From NCBI GenBank assembly GCA_963822445.1, contig CAWGHO010000002.1, positions 1,088,001 through 1,152,000 on the forward strand: a stretch of DNA of 64,000 nt. The letters run 5' to 3'. Position numbers and translations under genes: made by a program. Shown piece by piece: positions 31,454-46,627 of this stretch (position 1 is its first letter; every line of letters starts with the position of its first letter). The DNA comes from an uncultured Acidobacteriota bacterium (GTDB lineage: Bacteria > Acidobacteriota > Thermoanaerobaculia > Gp7-AA8). The notes beneath the pieces are model-generated. The model was not told the DNA's origin, ran no database searches, and saw only the letters and a program-made list of their open reading frames with translations.

Positions 31454-32697
31454 CACCCAAAAACCTCGATCACTTTCTGCAAACCCTCCACCAGCAGATC
31501 GGCCTCTTCCTTGGTGTTGTAGAGGCCGAACGAGGCGCGTCCCGTCGCGGGAACGTTGAAACGCAGCATCAGCGGCTGTGCGCAGTGATGTCCGGTGCGG
31601 ATGGCGATTCCTTCCTGGTCGAGGATGGTGCCGATGTCGTGCGGGTGAACGCTTTCGAGCACGAACGAGATCACCGCGGCCTTTTCGCGCGCGGTTCCGA
31701 TCAGACGCAGACCGGGAATCTCGAGGAGGCGCTTCGTCGCGTATTGCTCGAGCTCGTGCTCGTACGCGGCGACGTTCTCCAGCCCGATCGAGCCGATGTA
31801 ATCGAGCGCCGCGGCCAGTCCGACCACGCCTTCGATGTTCGGCGTGCCCGCTTCGAATTTGTAGGGCAGCGCGTTGTAGGTCGTCTTCTCGTACGACACC
31901 GACAGGATCATGTCGCCGCCGCCCTGCCACGGCGGCATCGCGTCGAGCAGCGCTTCGCGTCCGTACAGCACGCCGATGCCGGTCGGGCCGTACACCTTGT
32001 GTCCGGAGAACGCGTAGAAATCGCAGCCGATGTCCTGCACGTCGACGTGGGTGTGCGGCATGCCCTGCGCGCCGTCGATGAGGATCAGCGATCCGTTCGC
32101 GTGAGCCGCGGCAACCATCCGCTTGACGGGATTGATCGTGCCGAGGGCGTTGGAGGCGTGGCCTACCGCGACCAGTTTCACGCGCGGATTCAGCATCCGC
32201 TCGTACTCGTCGATCAGCAGCTCACCGGCGTCGTTGACGGGGATGATCCGCAGCGTGGCGTTCTTTTCGGCGCAGAGCATCTGCCAGGGAACGATGTTCG
32301 AGTGATGCTCGATGGCGGAGATGAGGATCTCGTCCCCTTCGCGCACATTCGCCCGGCCCCAGGCCTGAGCGACGAGATTGATCGACTCGGTCGTCCCGCG
32401 CGTGAAGACGATTTCCTTCTCGTCGTTCGCGTTGATGAACCGCCGCACGAACCCGCGCGCGTTCTCGTACTCCATCGTCGCCACCTCGGAGAGGTAGTGA
32501 ACGCCGCGATGAACGTTTGAGTTCTCTTCCGAGTAGTAGCGGACGATGCGGTCGATGACTGCCTGAGGCTTCTGTGTGGTGGCGGCGTTGTCGAGATAGA
32601 CCAGACGCTTGCCGCGCGCGGTGCGAGACAGGATCGGGAAATCGCGGCGGATGCGCTCGACGTCGTAAGTCAGGCGTGCTTCGGCCAGGGCGCTCAT
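31453..32697 (-). CDS. sufS: Cysteine desulfurase
   Basis: YLDNAATTQKP, FSGHK, RTGHHCA. Confidence 0.96.
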   Translation of the reverse strand: MSALAEARLTYDVERIRRDFPILSRTARGKRLVYLDNAATTQKPQAVIDRIVRYYSEENSNVHRGVHYLSEVATMEYENARGFVRRFINANDEKEIVFTRGTTESINLVAQAWGRANVREGDEILISAIEHHSNIVPWQMLCAEKNATLRIIPVNDAGELLIDEYERMLNPRVKLVAVGHASNALGTINPVKRMVAAAHANGSLILIDGAQGMPHTHVDVQDIGCDFYAFSGHKVYGPTGIGVLYGREALLDAMPPWQGGGDMILSVSYEKTTYNALPYKFEAGTPNIEGVVGLAAALDYIGSIGLENVAAYEHELEQYATKRLLEIPGLRLIGTAREKAAVISFVLESVHPHDIGTILDQEGIAIRTGHHCAQPLMLRFNVPATGRASFGLYNTKEEADLLVEGLQKVIEVFG

Positions 32698-33880
32698 TTC
32701 GTGGCTCTCCGTTCTGGCAACCGCTCCGGCAGCGTGCGGAACAAGGCGCGGCGGATCTGTTCGCGAACCGGCTCGATCTTCATCCGGTCGATGATCTGGC
32801 CCGCGAAGGCGAGGACGAGCAGATTGCGGGCCTCGTCTTCACTGATGCCGCGCGATTGCAGGTAGAACAGCTGCTCGGCGTCGATCTGTCCGATGGTCGA
32901 GCCGTGATTGCACTTCACGTCGTCGTTGTGAATCTCCAGCGTCGGTTTCGAGTCGACGATCGCCGTCTCGGACAGCAGCAGGTTGCGGTTCTCCTGTTTC
33001 GACACGGTCTTCTGCGCATCGGGCCGTACGATGATCCGTCCGTCGAAAACGCCGCGCGCGGTGTCGTCGAGGATGCCTTTGTAAAGCTCGTAGCTTTCGC
33101 AGTGCGGCTTGATGTGATCGATCACGGTGCGGTTGTCGAGATGCTGGCTTCCCGCTCCGACGAACAGACCATCCAGAACGATCGACGCACCTTCACCGGC
33201 GAGAGCAACATGCGTCTCGCTGCGCGCGAGTGCGCCGCCCACCATCACCGACCGCGAGGTCACACTGGCCGCGCGCTGCTGGTCGATGAAGACGTTGCCG
33301 ACGTGAAACGCGCTCTGCGACTCGCACTGGAGGCGGTAGTGATCGACGATCGCGTTCTCGCCGGCGATGATCTCCGTGACCGCGTTCGTGAAGTACGAGC
33401 CCGATCCGACATACGACTCGACGATCGTGACCTGGGCGTTATCGCCGACGACGATCACGTTCCGCGGATGCGACCAGATGCCGTCTCCTTGTCCAACGAA
33501 GAGGAGATGGATGAAGCCTTCCACGATCGCGTTCGCGGGAATCTCGATGCGCGCGCCGTCCTGCGCGTTCGCTGTATTGAGCGCGACCATGGCGTTGCGC
33601 TCCCAGTCGGCGATGCTGACGCGGTCCGGCGTTGCGAACGGCGATTCGCCGCTCTGCACGACAAAGCGCCCGTTGACGAACAGCAGCTCCAGCACGTTGC
33701 GACCGGCGAGCGTTGCCGTCGAATCGACGGCTTTCGGAGCGTCATCGATCCGCCAGTCGATCTTCTGCACCGGCGCGAGATTCGTGTAGCGCCACTCTTC
33801 GATCCGCGTGGTCGGCCAGCCGAGCTTTTCGAAGGTCTCGGCCGCGCGTTCGCGGAGGCTCGCAGGCATGGTCCCAACGG

Positions 33881-33884
<4 letters not shown>
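32694..33884 (-). CDS. sufD: Fe-S assembly protein SufD
   Basis: [26 protein letters not shown]. Confidence 0.93.
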
Positions 33885-36068
<2,184 letters not shown>

Positions 36069-36096
36069 AGCTTTTTCATCTCGAGCCGCAAGCGGC

Positions 36097-36555
36097 TCAA
36101 GAGGCCACCAGATGTTTCTTGTCGATCACGGGGATCGCCATTCCGCCACGCGCCAGGTCGGCGAGCGTGACTTGTTCGAAGGCGCCTTTGATTGCCCGGT
36201 TGATACCGAACATGAAGCGCCGGGAGGGGCAGGCGATCCTGATTGCACAGGTAGCGTCGCCATGGTCGTCGAGGGTCTCGCACTCGGTCAGGTCCCAGGG
36301 GCCTTCGAAGGCCTCGATGAGGTTGCCGAGGGTGACCATTTCGGGGTCACCGTTGAATGTGTAGCCGCCGCCCACGCCTCGATGCGAGCTGATCAGCGCC
36401 GCGTGCTGCAGCGTCTTCAGGACCTTCGTAACTACCGGCAAAGGCAGGTGATAGAACGCGGCGATCTCGCGGGCGGAGGTCACCTGTCCCGCGTGGCGGG
36501 CCAGGTAAACGGCGGCAAGAAGGCCGTAGTCGGTGAGTCTGGAGATCTTCAGCAT
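36097..36555 (-). CDS. Rrf2-family regulator of the suf operon
   Basis: SRLTDYG, S.RG..GGY, EGP; three Cys in the C-terminal cluster region. Confidence 0.9.
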   Translation of the reverse strand: MLKISRLTDYGLLAAVYLARHAGQVTSAREIAAFYHLPLPVVTKVLKTLQHAALISSHRGVGGGYTFNGDPEMVTLGNLIEAFEGPWDLTECETLDDHGDATCAIRIACPSRRFMFGINRAIKGAFEQVTLADLARGGMAIPVIDKKHLVAS

Positions 36556-36591
36556 CGGTGTGAAACCCTAAGGCGGGTTCGCGAGGGAGCG

Positions 36592-36616
36592 AAACCGTAC
36601 CACAGTGGTACGGTTT
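36592..36616. promoter_or_regulatory. Perfect 12-1-12 inverted repeat, candidate Rrf2 operator
   Basis: AAACCGTACCAC-A-GTGGTACGGTTT, 36 nt upstream of the rrf2 ATG. Confidence 0.7.
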
Positions 36617-36789
36617 ACACAACCGATGCCTGAATGGGGGTAATCCCTGCGGGCTCAGCGGATGGGGGAGATGACGCGCGGACCGCGCGGAGGGTAAGTC
36701 GAAGCCGCGAATCAGATGCGCTTAGTCAGGAATCGGTCTCGCCATCATCGTCTCCGGTCTCGTGATTCTAAGGACTTACGTCCGCTCCG

Positions 36790-38262
36790 TCAAACAGTTG
36801 CAGCCGGTGAGCCAAGGGCGGGCGTCGTTCCGGCATACGCGTGCAACTGGGTCCCGAGGTTCCGCAATTCCTCCGACCGCGAGCCCGACAGGTGGGTGGC
36901 GAGACGCCTGCTCTCCGTTACGTCCAGCGGATCCTGAGCCGGATACCAATGCTCGTATGGACGGTTCATCTCGAACTCGGTCACCAGCGCGAACACCTCG
37001 AAGACCGGGACGATCGGGTCGAACGAATCGAGGTGCTCGTCGAAGATCGCCCGCATCTCCTTCACAGGCTCCTGGTTCATCACCGCCTCCCGGTATTCGG
37101 CGTAGGAAGCGCGCGGCGGCATGAGCTTCGTGCACGCGTCGCGGACCCCGCGGGTGAAGGTCTCATCGCACCAGTCGACAATCGTGGTCCACGCCAGGTC
37201 GACGAGTTTTTCGCCCGCGCGGTCCTTGAAATAGAAGCCGCCGATGGCCTGAGTCATCCGGCGCATGCGGGCGAGAAACTGTAGCAGTGAGAAGAAGGTG
37301 AGCTCGCGCAACGACTCGTCCGCGCGATCGGGGACCTTCGAGAGGTCTTTCCAGTACTCCACGATGCGGCCGGCCGTTCCGGCGAGTGGCATGTAGTGAC
37401 GCTCGGCGTTCTGATGGCTCTTGAGGAGCATCAGGTTCCAGGTCTGCTGCGTTTGCGCCGTTTTCTCGGCAGCAGCTTTCCGCTGCTCGATCCGCGCGTC
37501 CTCCTCCTGGCGGCGCTGCTGCGCGCGCGCCTCTTCCTCTTCGCGGCGGCGGCGCGCGCGATCCTCTTCTTCCTCCTTCCGTTGCTGGGCTCGGGCGTCT
37601 TCTTCCTGTTTCCGCTGGTGCGCGCGCGAGTCTTCTTTTTCCTTCAGCCAGAAGCCGACGAACGCCAATGCCAGCGGAAGCGCGAGATCCTTGAGGAAGC
37701 CCTGCAGCGCGCGTAGAAAGAGAAGGGTCTTGCTCCAGATCGGATGCTCGATGGTGATCGCCCGGAGGACCACAGGCTTTCGCCGGGTAATCGATGCGCC
37801 GACCTTCTGCCACGTGACCACCGACGAGATCGCGTAACGCCCGGAGTCCGCGGTCGCGCGGAGGTCGCCTTCGAACGTGAACGTCGCGCCGGCGTCGACC
37901 CGCACGGGCAACCTGGTCAGAGAGCGCGTGCTGCCGGAGCGCGTACAGACGGGCACGGAGCCGTTCCAGCACGGACCGATGCGTTTGAAGCCCGGCGTAT
38001 GAAAACTGGCGAAAGACACGAGGACCGGCGCGCTCGTGGGGTTGTGGATGCCGACCCAGAACGACAACTCGTCGCGATAGGACAGGCGGCTGGCGTCGGC
38101 CCAAACATCCAGGCGGAGATCCCCCGCGTCCGCGGCAGCGCTGCTGGAGCTGATCGCCGTCTGCGTGGACTGCGCCGACTCCTCCTGCACGGTCTGCCAA
38201 GTCCAGAGGGCGAGGAGGAAAATGGCGATTCCGCCCCAGACGAGCGCGTGTCGCGTGTTCAT
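36790..38262 (-). CDS. Hypothetical membrane protein with 11-residue charged repeats
   Basis: 490-aa ORF: signal anchor, beta-rich domain, TM, E/R-rich repeats, helical C-terminal domain. Confidence 0.7.
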   Translation of the reverse strand: MNTRHALVWGGIAIFLLALWTWQTVQEESAQSTQTAISSSSAAADAGDLRLDVWADASRLSYRDELSFWVGIHNPTSAPVLVSFASFHTPGFKRIGPCWNGSVPVCTRSGSTRSLTRLPVRVDAGATFTFEGDLRATADSGRYAISSVVTWQKVGASITRRKPVVLRAITIEHPIWSKTLLFLRALQGFLKDLALPLALAFVGFWLKEKEDSRAHQRKQEEDARAQQRKEEEEDRARRRREEEEARAQQRRQEEDARIEQRKAAAEKTAQTQQTWNLMLLKSHQNAERHYMPLAGTAGRIVEYWKDLSKVPDRADESLRELTFFSLLQFLARMRRMTQAIGGFYFKDRAGEKLVDLAWTTIVDWCDETFTRGVRDACTKLMPPRASYAEYREAVMNQEPVKEMRAIFDEHLDSFDPIVPVFEVFALVTEFEMNRPYEHWYPAQDPLDVTESRRLATHLSGSRSEELRNLGTQLHAYAGTTPALGSPAATV

Positions 38263-38286
38263 TCCGGCTTTCCGGCCGGAAGTCTA

Positions 38287-38463
38287 CTATCCTCGCGGTG
38301 CCTTGTCCGATCCGTTCCGCCGTCCCTCCCCGGGACGATCGCCCTTCACCGAGCGATCCTGGAGCTCCTCGCGGCTCTGCACCTTGCGGTTGTCACGGTC
38401 GGCGGTCGGCTCGTCTTTCGGGCTCTGGCTCGGTCCGCCCTGATTGTCGCGATCTTTGGCCAT
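38287..38463 (-). CDS. Small hydrophilic protein, 58 aa
   Basis: SD GGAGGA; MAKDRDNQGGPSQSPKDEPTADRDNRK...APRG, double TAG; below the ORF-track cutoff. Confidence 0.6.
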   Translation of the reverse strand: MAKDRDNQGGPSQSPKDEPTADRDNRKVQSREELQDRSVKGDRPGEGRRNGSDKAPRG

Positions 38464-38494
38464 GGTCTTCCTCCGCCATCCGGTAGTCGCAAAA

Positions 38495-38905
38495 TCAACG
38501 CCGGATGAACGTCCCGAGCATGGTCGCGACGACGCGCTCGTCGGACTCGATGTCCGCGGCGCAGACGCTCAGCGTTCCGCCCGAGCGGACCACGCGGCCG
38601 CGGGCGATGAGACGCCGCGCGAGCGCCGGCGCCAGCAGGTTGATCTTGAACTCGACACTCCAGACCTCGGCACCAGCAGGCATCAAGGTCAACGCCGCAT
38701 AGCCGCAGGCGGTATCGCCCATCGCCGCGAGGACGCCGGCGTGGAGAGCGCCGGATTGCTGGACGAGGTCGGCACGAAAGGGAAGCTCGAGATCGACTTC
38801 GCCAGGCGCGATACGGATGAGCGTGGCTCCAATGGAAGCCAGGAAAAGCTGCCGCGCAAAACTCTCGCGGACAGTAGTTTCGTAGCCCGGATTGGAAGGT
38901 CGCAT
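38495..38905 (-). CDS. PaaI-family thioesterase
   Basis: QQ.G.LHAG......D.ACG.AA, VEFKINLL.PA. Confidence 0.9.
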   Translation of the reverse strand: MRPSNPGYETTVRESFARQLFLASIGATLIRIAPGEVDLELPFRADLVQQSGALHAGVLAAMGDTACGYAALTLMPAGAEVWSVEFKINLLAPALARRLIARGRVVRSGGTLSVCAADIESDERVVATMLGTFIRR

Positions 38906-38955
38906 CCGCGGATTATGTGGCAAGCCGCTTGCGAAGGTTATTGGCAGCGGACCTT

Positions 38956-39531
38956 ATGAAAACCAAGCTGATTTGCTCACTGACGTTCCTGGTCGTGCTC
39001 GCCGCCTGCGGGAGCGACAAGGACAAGGCTACGGAACAGGCCAGCTACGAAACCGTGCAGGAAGGCTCCGCCGCCGGAGTGACGTCGACCATCCATGGAC
39101 CGGGCGAGACCATCCCGCCGATGACCGGCACGAACGCGGACACGACCACGGCCTTCGCCCTCAATCCGGCCGCGGTACCGGCCACCCAACCCACCGGCGG
39201 AACGTTCGCCGGCACGTTCCCCGATCCGACCGCGACCACGCCGCCGATGACCGGCACCTACCGCCCGCCGGTGCAGGCAACCCGCCCGGCGCCGGTGTAT
39301 CAACCCCCTGCGCAAACGCAAACCCAGCCCGATCCGCAATCGCCGCCGCCAACCGCGACGACCGATACGGCCGTGCCTCCGCCACCGACGGACACCACCA
39401 CGACCACCGCCACGCAGCCTCCGCCGCCCACGAACACAGCTCCTCCGCCGCCTCCGGCCGAAAAGCCGAAGAAGGAAGCCGAGGAACCGGAAGAGGGCGA
39501 ACAGACCGAGACCGCGCCGCCGCCGCCGCCC

Positions 39532-39543
<12 letters not shown>
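38956..39543 (+). CDS. Pro/Thr-rich lipoprotein
   Basis: Lipobox LAAC; low-complexity P/T tail. Confidence 0.75.
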
Positions 39544-39634
<91 letters not shown>

Positions 39635-39651
39635 TTTAGAATGCCCGCCCT

Positions 39652-40549
<898 letters not shown>

Positions 40550-40557
<8 letters not shown>

Positions 40558-42605
40558 GTACTTTTTCGAGCTCCTGACCGAAGAGATCCCGGCGTGGATG
40601 CTCCCGCATCCGCAACTGGAGGCGCGGCTCAAAGAGCTGAGCGAGAACATCACCATCAACTACTCGCCGCGGCGAATCGCCTTCGTCCTGCGCGACCTTC
40701 CTCTCAAACGTGAAGACGAGACCCAGGAGGTCAAAGGTCCGCCGAAACAGGCCGCGTACAAAGACGGCGCACCGACACCGGCGCTGCAGGGATTTCTGAA
40801 GAAGCGCAACGCGAAAATCGAAGACCTCATCGACAAAGACGACGCGTACGTCTGGATCCGCGAGACCGTCGCCGGGCGCCTGACCAACGATCTCCTCACC
40901 GAGACCATCCCCCAGATCATCGAAGGGCTGCGCTGGCCGAAGATGATGCGCTGGGGCACGGGCGAGCATTCCTACATCCGCCCCATTCACTCGATCATTT
41001 CGATTCTCGACGGCGAGCATCTGCCCATCGCGATCTTCGGAACGCGATCGGGAACAAGCACGGTCGGTCACCGCACCCTCGCGCCGCAACGATTCGAGGT
41101 CGCGTCGTACAACGACTACGTGACGAAGCTCGAGCTCGCGCGCGTGTACGTGGACGCCGATCGCCGCAAGCACGCCATGGCCGCGGCGGCGATCTCCCTC
41201 GCGAAAGAAGCGGAAGGCAAGCCCTCCGACGACGCGTCGATCTGGTCGCAGTGGCAGTACCTCACCGAGTACCCCGGCCTCGTGCGCGCGGAGTTCCGCA
41301 ACGAATATCTCGCTCTGCCCGAGGAGGTGCTGGTCACGGTGATGCGCGTGCATCAGAAGCAGCTTCCCGATCCGCGACGCGAACGGCCGGCTGACCAGCT
41401 CCTTCCTGGCGGTGCTCGACAACGAAGGCGATCCCGACGGCAACGCCGCGTACGGCAACTCGTTCGTCACCAACGCCCGCTTCGCCGACGCGCAGTTCTT
41501 CTACGACACCGATCGCCGGAAAAAACTCGAAGAACGCCTCGAGCAGCTCTCGCATCTGCAGTTCCAGGAGAAGCTCGGCGACTACCTCGACAAAACGAAG
41601 CGCATCGAGACACATCGCCGCCGCGCATCTGCGCGGAAGCAGGAATCGACGGAGCCGATGCCGCTGTCGCCGCGCGGCTCTGCAAGACCGACCTGGTCAC
41701 GGAGATGGTGAAGGAGTTCACCGATCTGCAGGGACAGATCGGCGGCATCTACGCGCGCGAGGAAGGGCTGCCGGAGACCGTCTGGCAGGCGATCTACGAT
41801 CAGTACCTGCCCGTCAATCTCGACGACGCGCTGCCGCGCAACCCGCTCGGGCGCCGTGGTCTCGCTCGCCGATCGCATCGACACGCTGGTCGGCTTCTTC
41901 TCCGTCGGCGCGAAACCGACCGGCTCGAAGGATCCCGTTCGGCCTGCGCCGCGCCGCTCAGGGCGTCGTGCAGATCCTGCTCAATCGCGACAAGCGCGAG
42001 ATCAAGGTCGGCATCGAGAAGCTGATCGACATCGGCATCGCCGCGTACGGCGAAGGTGCATCGCGCGTTCGACGAAGACCTTCTGGCCTTCTTCGCCGAG
42101 CGCGTCCGCACCATCCTCGAAGCGTCGGCATGGCAGCTCGCCTACGACGAGATCGCCGCGGCGATGGAAGCGGGATGGGCGACGTCGCTCACCGATCTCG
42201 TCGATCGCGTCAACGCCGTGAAGGCCATGCGCGACGAGGCGAACTTCCTCTCCATCCTCGACTCGGCGAAGCGCATCGCCAACATCACCGCCGGCCACAC
42301 CGCCACGCGCGTCGAGTCCGCGAAACTGGAGCAGGGCACCGAACGCCGTCTGGCCGAGCTGGCCGAGCTCGTGACCCAGCAGATCGACGAGCTGATCGCG
42401 CAGCGCCAGTACCGCAACGCGCTGGAGTCGTTCGCCGGTCTGGCCCCGGAGCTGGAGACGTTCTTCAAGGACGTGATGGTGAACGTCGACGACGAGGGCG
42501 TTGCGCGCAAACCGAATGTCGCTGCTGCGCAAAGTCGGCGGCGCAGTCATGAAGATCGCCGACGTCACGAAGATCGTCGTCGACCGCCGCGACTACCGCG
42601 CGTGA
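40550..42605 (+). CDS. glyS: Glycine--tRNA ligase beta subunit (several frameshifts)
   Basis: EL.TEEIP, PRR, KGPP, MRWG, ARFADA.FFY, K.DL.T.MV.EF..LQG, GSKDP, KRIANI. Confidence 0.93.
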
Positions 42606-43848
42606 ACCGTTCGCCGCCGCGCTCGTCCTCGCCTTCTCGCTCTCGCCGGCTGCCGCGGCGCTGAGCCGCCGCAGCAGCCCGCGGCGGCCAGAAGCGAACG
42701 GAGCAGGACGCTCCCGGAGCGACTCGAGAGCGACAATCTACTGAACATCGTCTACGGCGCGGCGGTCGTCGTCGCGCAGCGATGAGCTCGAGCTCGAGCA
42801 TTCGTGCGCGCACGCGCATCGACGGGACGCGGAGACCACCGTGGCGTCCCCGCGCGCCGGCGGCAAACAGATCGCGGTCTTCTCCCTCGCCGCACCGGCG
42901 CGCATTGACCGGCGTCGGCGTCATCGCCGCCCTGGAGCGCGACGATGCCGGCGAGGGTGCGCTTCTCGAAACCTCGCCCGACGGAACGACCTGGACGTGG
43001 CCGCGAAGTCGCCGCCTGAACCACGAAGATCACCGCGAGCCGCAACTCTCGAATGTGACGCCGGTCGTGCACACGCTACCTCCGCGTCAGCGCGATCGAG
43101 CCCGCGACCAGTACGCACATCCTCTCGCATCCTCGCCATACGGAACCGAGACCGCGCCGAGTCGCGCAGCCGTCGATCGAAGGCTGCTGGACGATCAACA
43201 GCGGCGTCCCCGCGCGTTTCGTCCGGACCGGCGCGCGCGTCACCGGCATGATCGGCCAGATGACTCACTCGACGGCGGCACCGACGGCCGCGTGTACCGG
43301 CTGATGTGGCTGGAGAAGATCGATGTGGGGCTACGCCGCGGTGAGCATCTCCGCCGACGGCCAGCATCTCAGCGGCGTGCGCTGGCACGAAGAGGTCAAT
43401 CCGAAGAACAGCGGCGACGGCTGGATCGGGACGCGCGTGCCCTGCGAGCAGACGGTCGCGATCAACACCGCGAAAGTCGTCGACGACATCATCCGCCGCG
43501 CCGCTGTGTGGCGGCTTTACGGCATTCGTCTCGATGCCCAGGACAGGATCGTCGCCGCCGAAAGCGCGAACGCGCTCGACCTCGCCGCGAAGGTGATCCG
43601 CGAACACCCGAACCACCGCTTCCGGATCGTGGCCCGCGAGTTTCGCGAAGCGACGGAAGAGAAGAATCGCGCGCGCTGCAACGCCAAGCTCACCGCGATC
43701 CGCGAGGCCCTCACCGCCCGCGGCACCGACCTCGCCCGCATCGACTTCGCGGTCGCCGGCAGCGAGCGCGGGACCGCTCTCCGTCGACTTCACCTCGCTG
43801 CACGTGATGGACAGCGGCGTCGAGCTGCAAGTCGTTCCGTCGCGATGA
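42602..43848 (+). CDS. Heavily broken secreted protein with OmpA-like C-terminal domain
   Basis: Fragments LETSPDGTTW, RLYGIRLD..SA.AL...AKVI.EHP..RFRI...A..L...G.D.ARI; many indels. Confidence 0.45.
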
Positions 43849-43862
43849 CATAATCCCGCGCG

Positions 43863-46627
43863 ATGAGCGAGGAAAAATACGTCTACTACTTCGGCGACGG
43901 CCACGCCGAGGGCAACGCCAAGATGAAAGACGTCCTCGGCGGCAAAGGCGCAGGCCTGGCCGAGATGACCAACATCGGCGTTCCCGTCCCTCCCGGATTC
44001 ACGATCTCCACCGGCGTCTGTACGTACTTCTACGAGCACGACAAGACCTATCCCCCCGAGCTGAAGAACGCCGTCGCGGAGAACCTCGCAAGAGTCGAAG
44101 AATCGGTCGGCCGCAAGTTCGGCGATCCGCAGCAAGCCTCTCCTCGTTTCCGTGCGCTCCGGCGCCCGCGCCTCCATGCCCGGCATGATGGACACGATCC
44201 TCAACCTCGGCCTGAACGACGAGACCGTGAAAGGTCTCGCCGAATCATCGGGCGACGAGCGATTCGCGCTCGACTCCTACCGCCGCTTCATCCAGATGTA
44301 CTCCGGCGTCGTCCTGGAGATCGACCGCGACCACTTCGAGCACGAGCTGGTCGCGCTGCGCGAAAGCGTCGGCGTCGAAGAACGACGCTGAGATTCCCGC
44401 GGAGTCGCTGCGCGAGCTCGTGACGACGTACAAGAAGACTCGTGCACGACAAGCTCGGCAAAGACTTTCCGCAGGATGTGCACGAGCAGCTCTGGGGCGC
44501 GATCGGCGCCGTGTTCAACTCCTGGAACAACCAGCGCGCCATCACCTACCGCAAGCTCAATCAGATCCCCGACGACTGGGGCACCGCGGTCAACGTGCAG
44601 TCGATGGTCTTCGGCAACATGGGCGACGACTGCGCGACCGGCGTCGCGTTCACGCGCAATCCCTCGACCGGCGAGAAGAAGTTCTTCGGCGAGTACCTGC
44701 CGAACGCGCAGGGCGAAGACGTCGTGGCCGGCATTCGCACGCCGCTGCCGATCTCGAAAGCCCAAGTTGTCGACGCCGGCCAGGCGTCATCATCAGTGGC
44801 TGAGAAGTCGCTCGAAGAGACGCTCCCCGAGGTTTACGAGCAGCTCGTCGATGTCTACAAGAAGCTCGAAGGCCACTACCGCGACATGCAGGACATCGAG
44901 TTCACGATCCAGTCGCGGAAGCTGTATCTGCTGCAGACGCGTACCGGAAAGCGGACCGGATTCGCGGCGGTGAAGATCGCCTGCGACATGGTCGACGAAG
45001 ACCTGATCTCGCACACCGAAGCCGTCGAGCGCGTCGAGGCCGGCCAGATCACACAGATGCTCGCGCCGGTCTTCGACGTCGAAGAAAAAGGGAAGGCGCT
45101 GAAGGGCGGACGATTGCTCGGCCGCGGACTTCCGGCGGGACCGGGCGCGGCCACCGGCCAGATCGCGTTCAGCGCTGAGAACGCCGTGCGTATGGCCAAA
45201 GACGGCGCGGTGATCCTCGTGCGCATCGAGACGTCACCCGAAGACATCGCCGGCATGCACAGCGCCGCCGGCATCCTCACCACGCGTGGCGGACTCACCT
45301 CGCACGCGGCCGTCGTCGCGCGCGGCATGGGCCGTCCGTGCATCGTCGGCGCGGGCGCGTTGCGAGTCGATTACGGCAAAGGCGAGCTTCGCAGCGAAGG
45401 ACACGAGCCGCTCGAGGAAGGCGACTGGGTGTCGATCGACGGCACGACCGGCGAAGTCATCGGCGGCAAGCTCGCTACGCGGCCTTCCGAGGTCGTGCAG
45501 GTTCTGCTCGAGGGATCGATGAAGCCCGAGGATTCCGAGGTTTATCGGAACTTCGATCGTCTGCTGAAATGGGCGGACGAGATCCGCACCCTCGGCATCC
45601 GCACGAACGCCGACACGCCGACCGATGCGCGAGTCGCGCGTCTCTTCGGCGCGCAGGGCATCGGTCTCTGCCGCACCGAGCACATGTTCTTCGCTGAAGA
45701 GCGCATCCTGCGCGTCCGCGAGATGATCCTGGCCCGCAACGAAGCAGGCCGCCGCCGCGCGCTCGACGAAATCCTGCCGTTTCAGAAGAGCGATTTCGAA
45801 GGCATCTTCCGCGAGCTGGCCGGGCTTCCCGTGACCATCCGCCTGCTCGATCCGCCGCTGCACGAGTTCCTTCCCGCAGAGCGAAGGGCAGATCTCGGCG
45901 ATGGCCCGCGACATGGGCTGGGGCTTCGTCGAGCTGCGCGCCAAGGTGAACCAGCTCCACGAAACCAATCCCATGCTCGGCCACCGCGGCTGCCGCCTCG
46001 GCATCACCTATCCCGAGATCTACGAGATGCAGGTCCGCGCGATTTTTCAGGCCGCATGCGACGTGAAGAAGGATGGGCTCGACGTGCATCCCGAGGTGAT
46101 GATTCCGCTGGTGGGAACGGTGAAGGAGCTGCAGCTCACCACCGAAATGACTCATCGCGTCGCCAAAGAAACCATGGCCGAGACGCGACGTGCAGATCGA
46201 GTATCTGGTCGGCACGATGATCGAGATTCCGCGCGCCGCGCTGATTGCCGACCAGCTCGGCGGGACCGCGCAGTTCTTCTCCTTCGGCACGAATGACCTG
46301 ACCCAGATGACGTTCGGCTACTCACGCGACGACGCCGGCTCGTTCCTGCCGGAGTACGTCGAGAAGAAGATCCTGCCGAAGGATCCGTTCGAATCGATCG
46401 ATCAGGAAGGCGTCGGCCAGCTCGTGCGACTCGGAACGGAACGCGGCCGCGCGGCGAACGAGAATCTGAAGGTCGGCGTGTGCGGCGAGCATGGCGGCGA
46501 TCCGGACTCGATCCGCTTCTTCCGTTCGTGCGGCCTCAACTACGTGTCGTGCTCGCCGTACCGCGTGCCGGTCGCGAGACTCGCGGCTGCGCAGGCGGAG
46601 CTGGAACACAAGGCCTACGAAGGCTAA
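43863..46627 (+). CDS. ppdK: Pyruvate, phosphate dikinase (about 4 frameshifts)
   Basis: [57 protein letters not shown]. Confidence 0.96.

Noticed and set aside
42602-43848. Novel multi-ORF locus between glyS and ppdK
   Set aside because: The fragments join into one error-ridden OmpA-like gene; sequence quality is too low to interpret.
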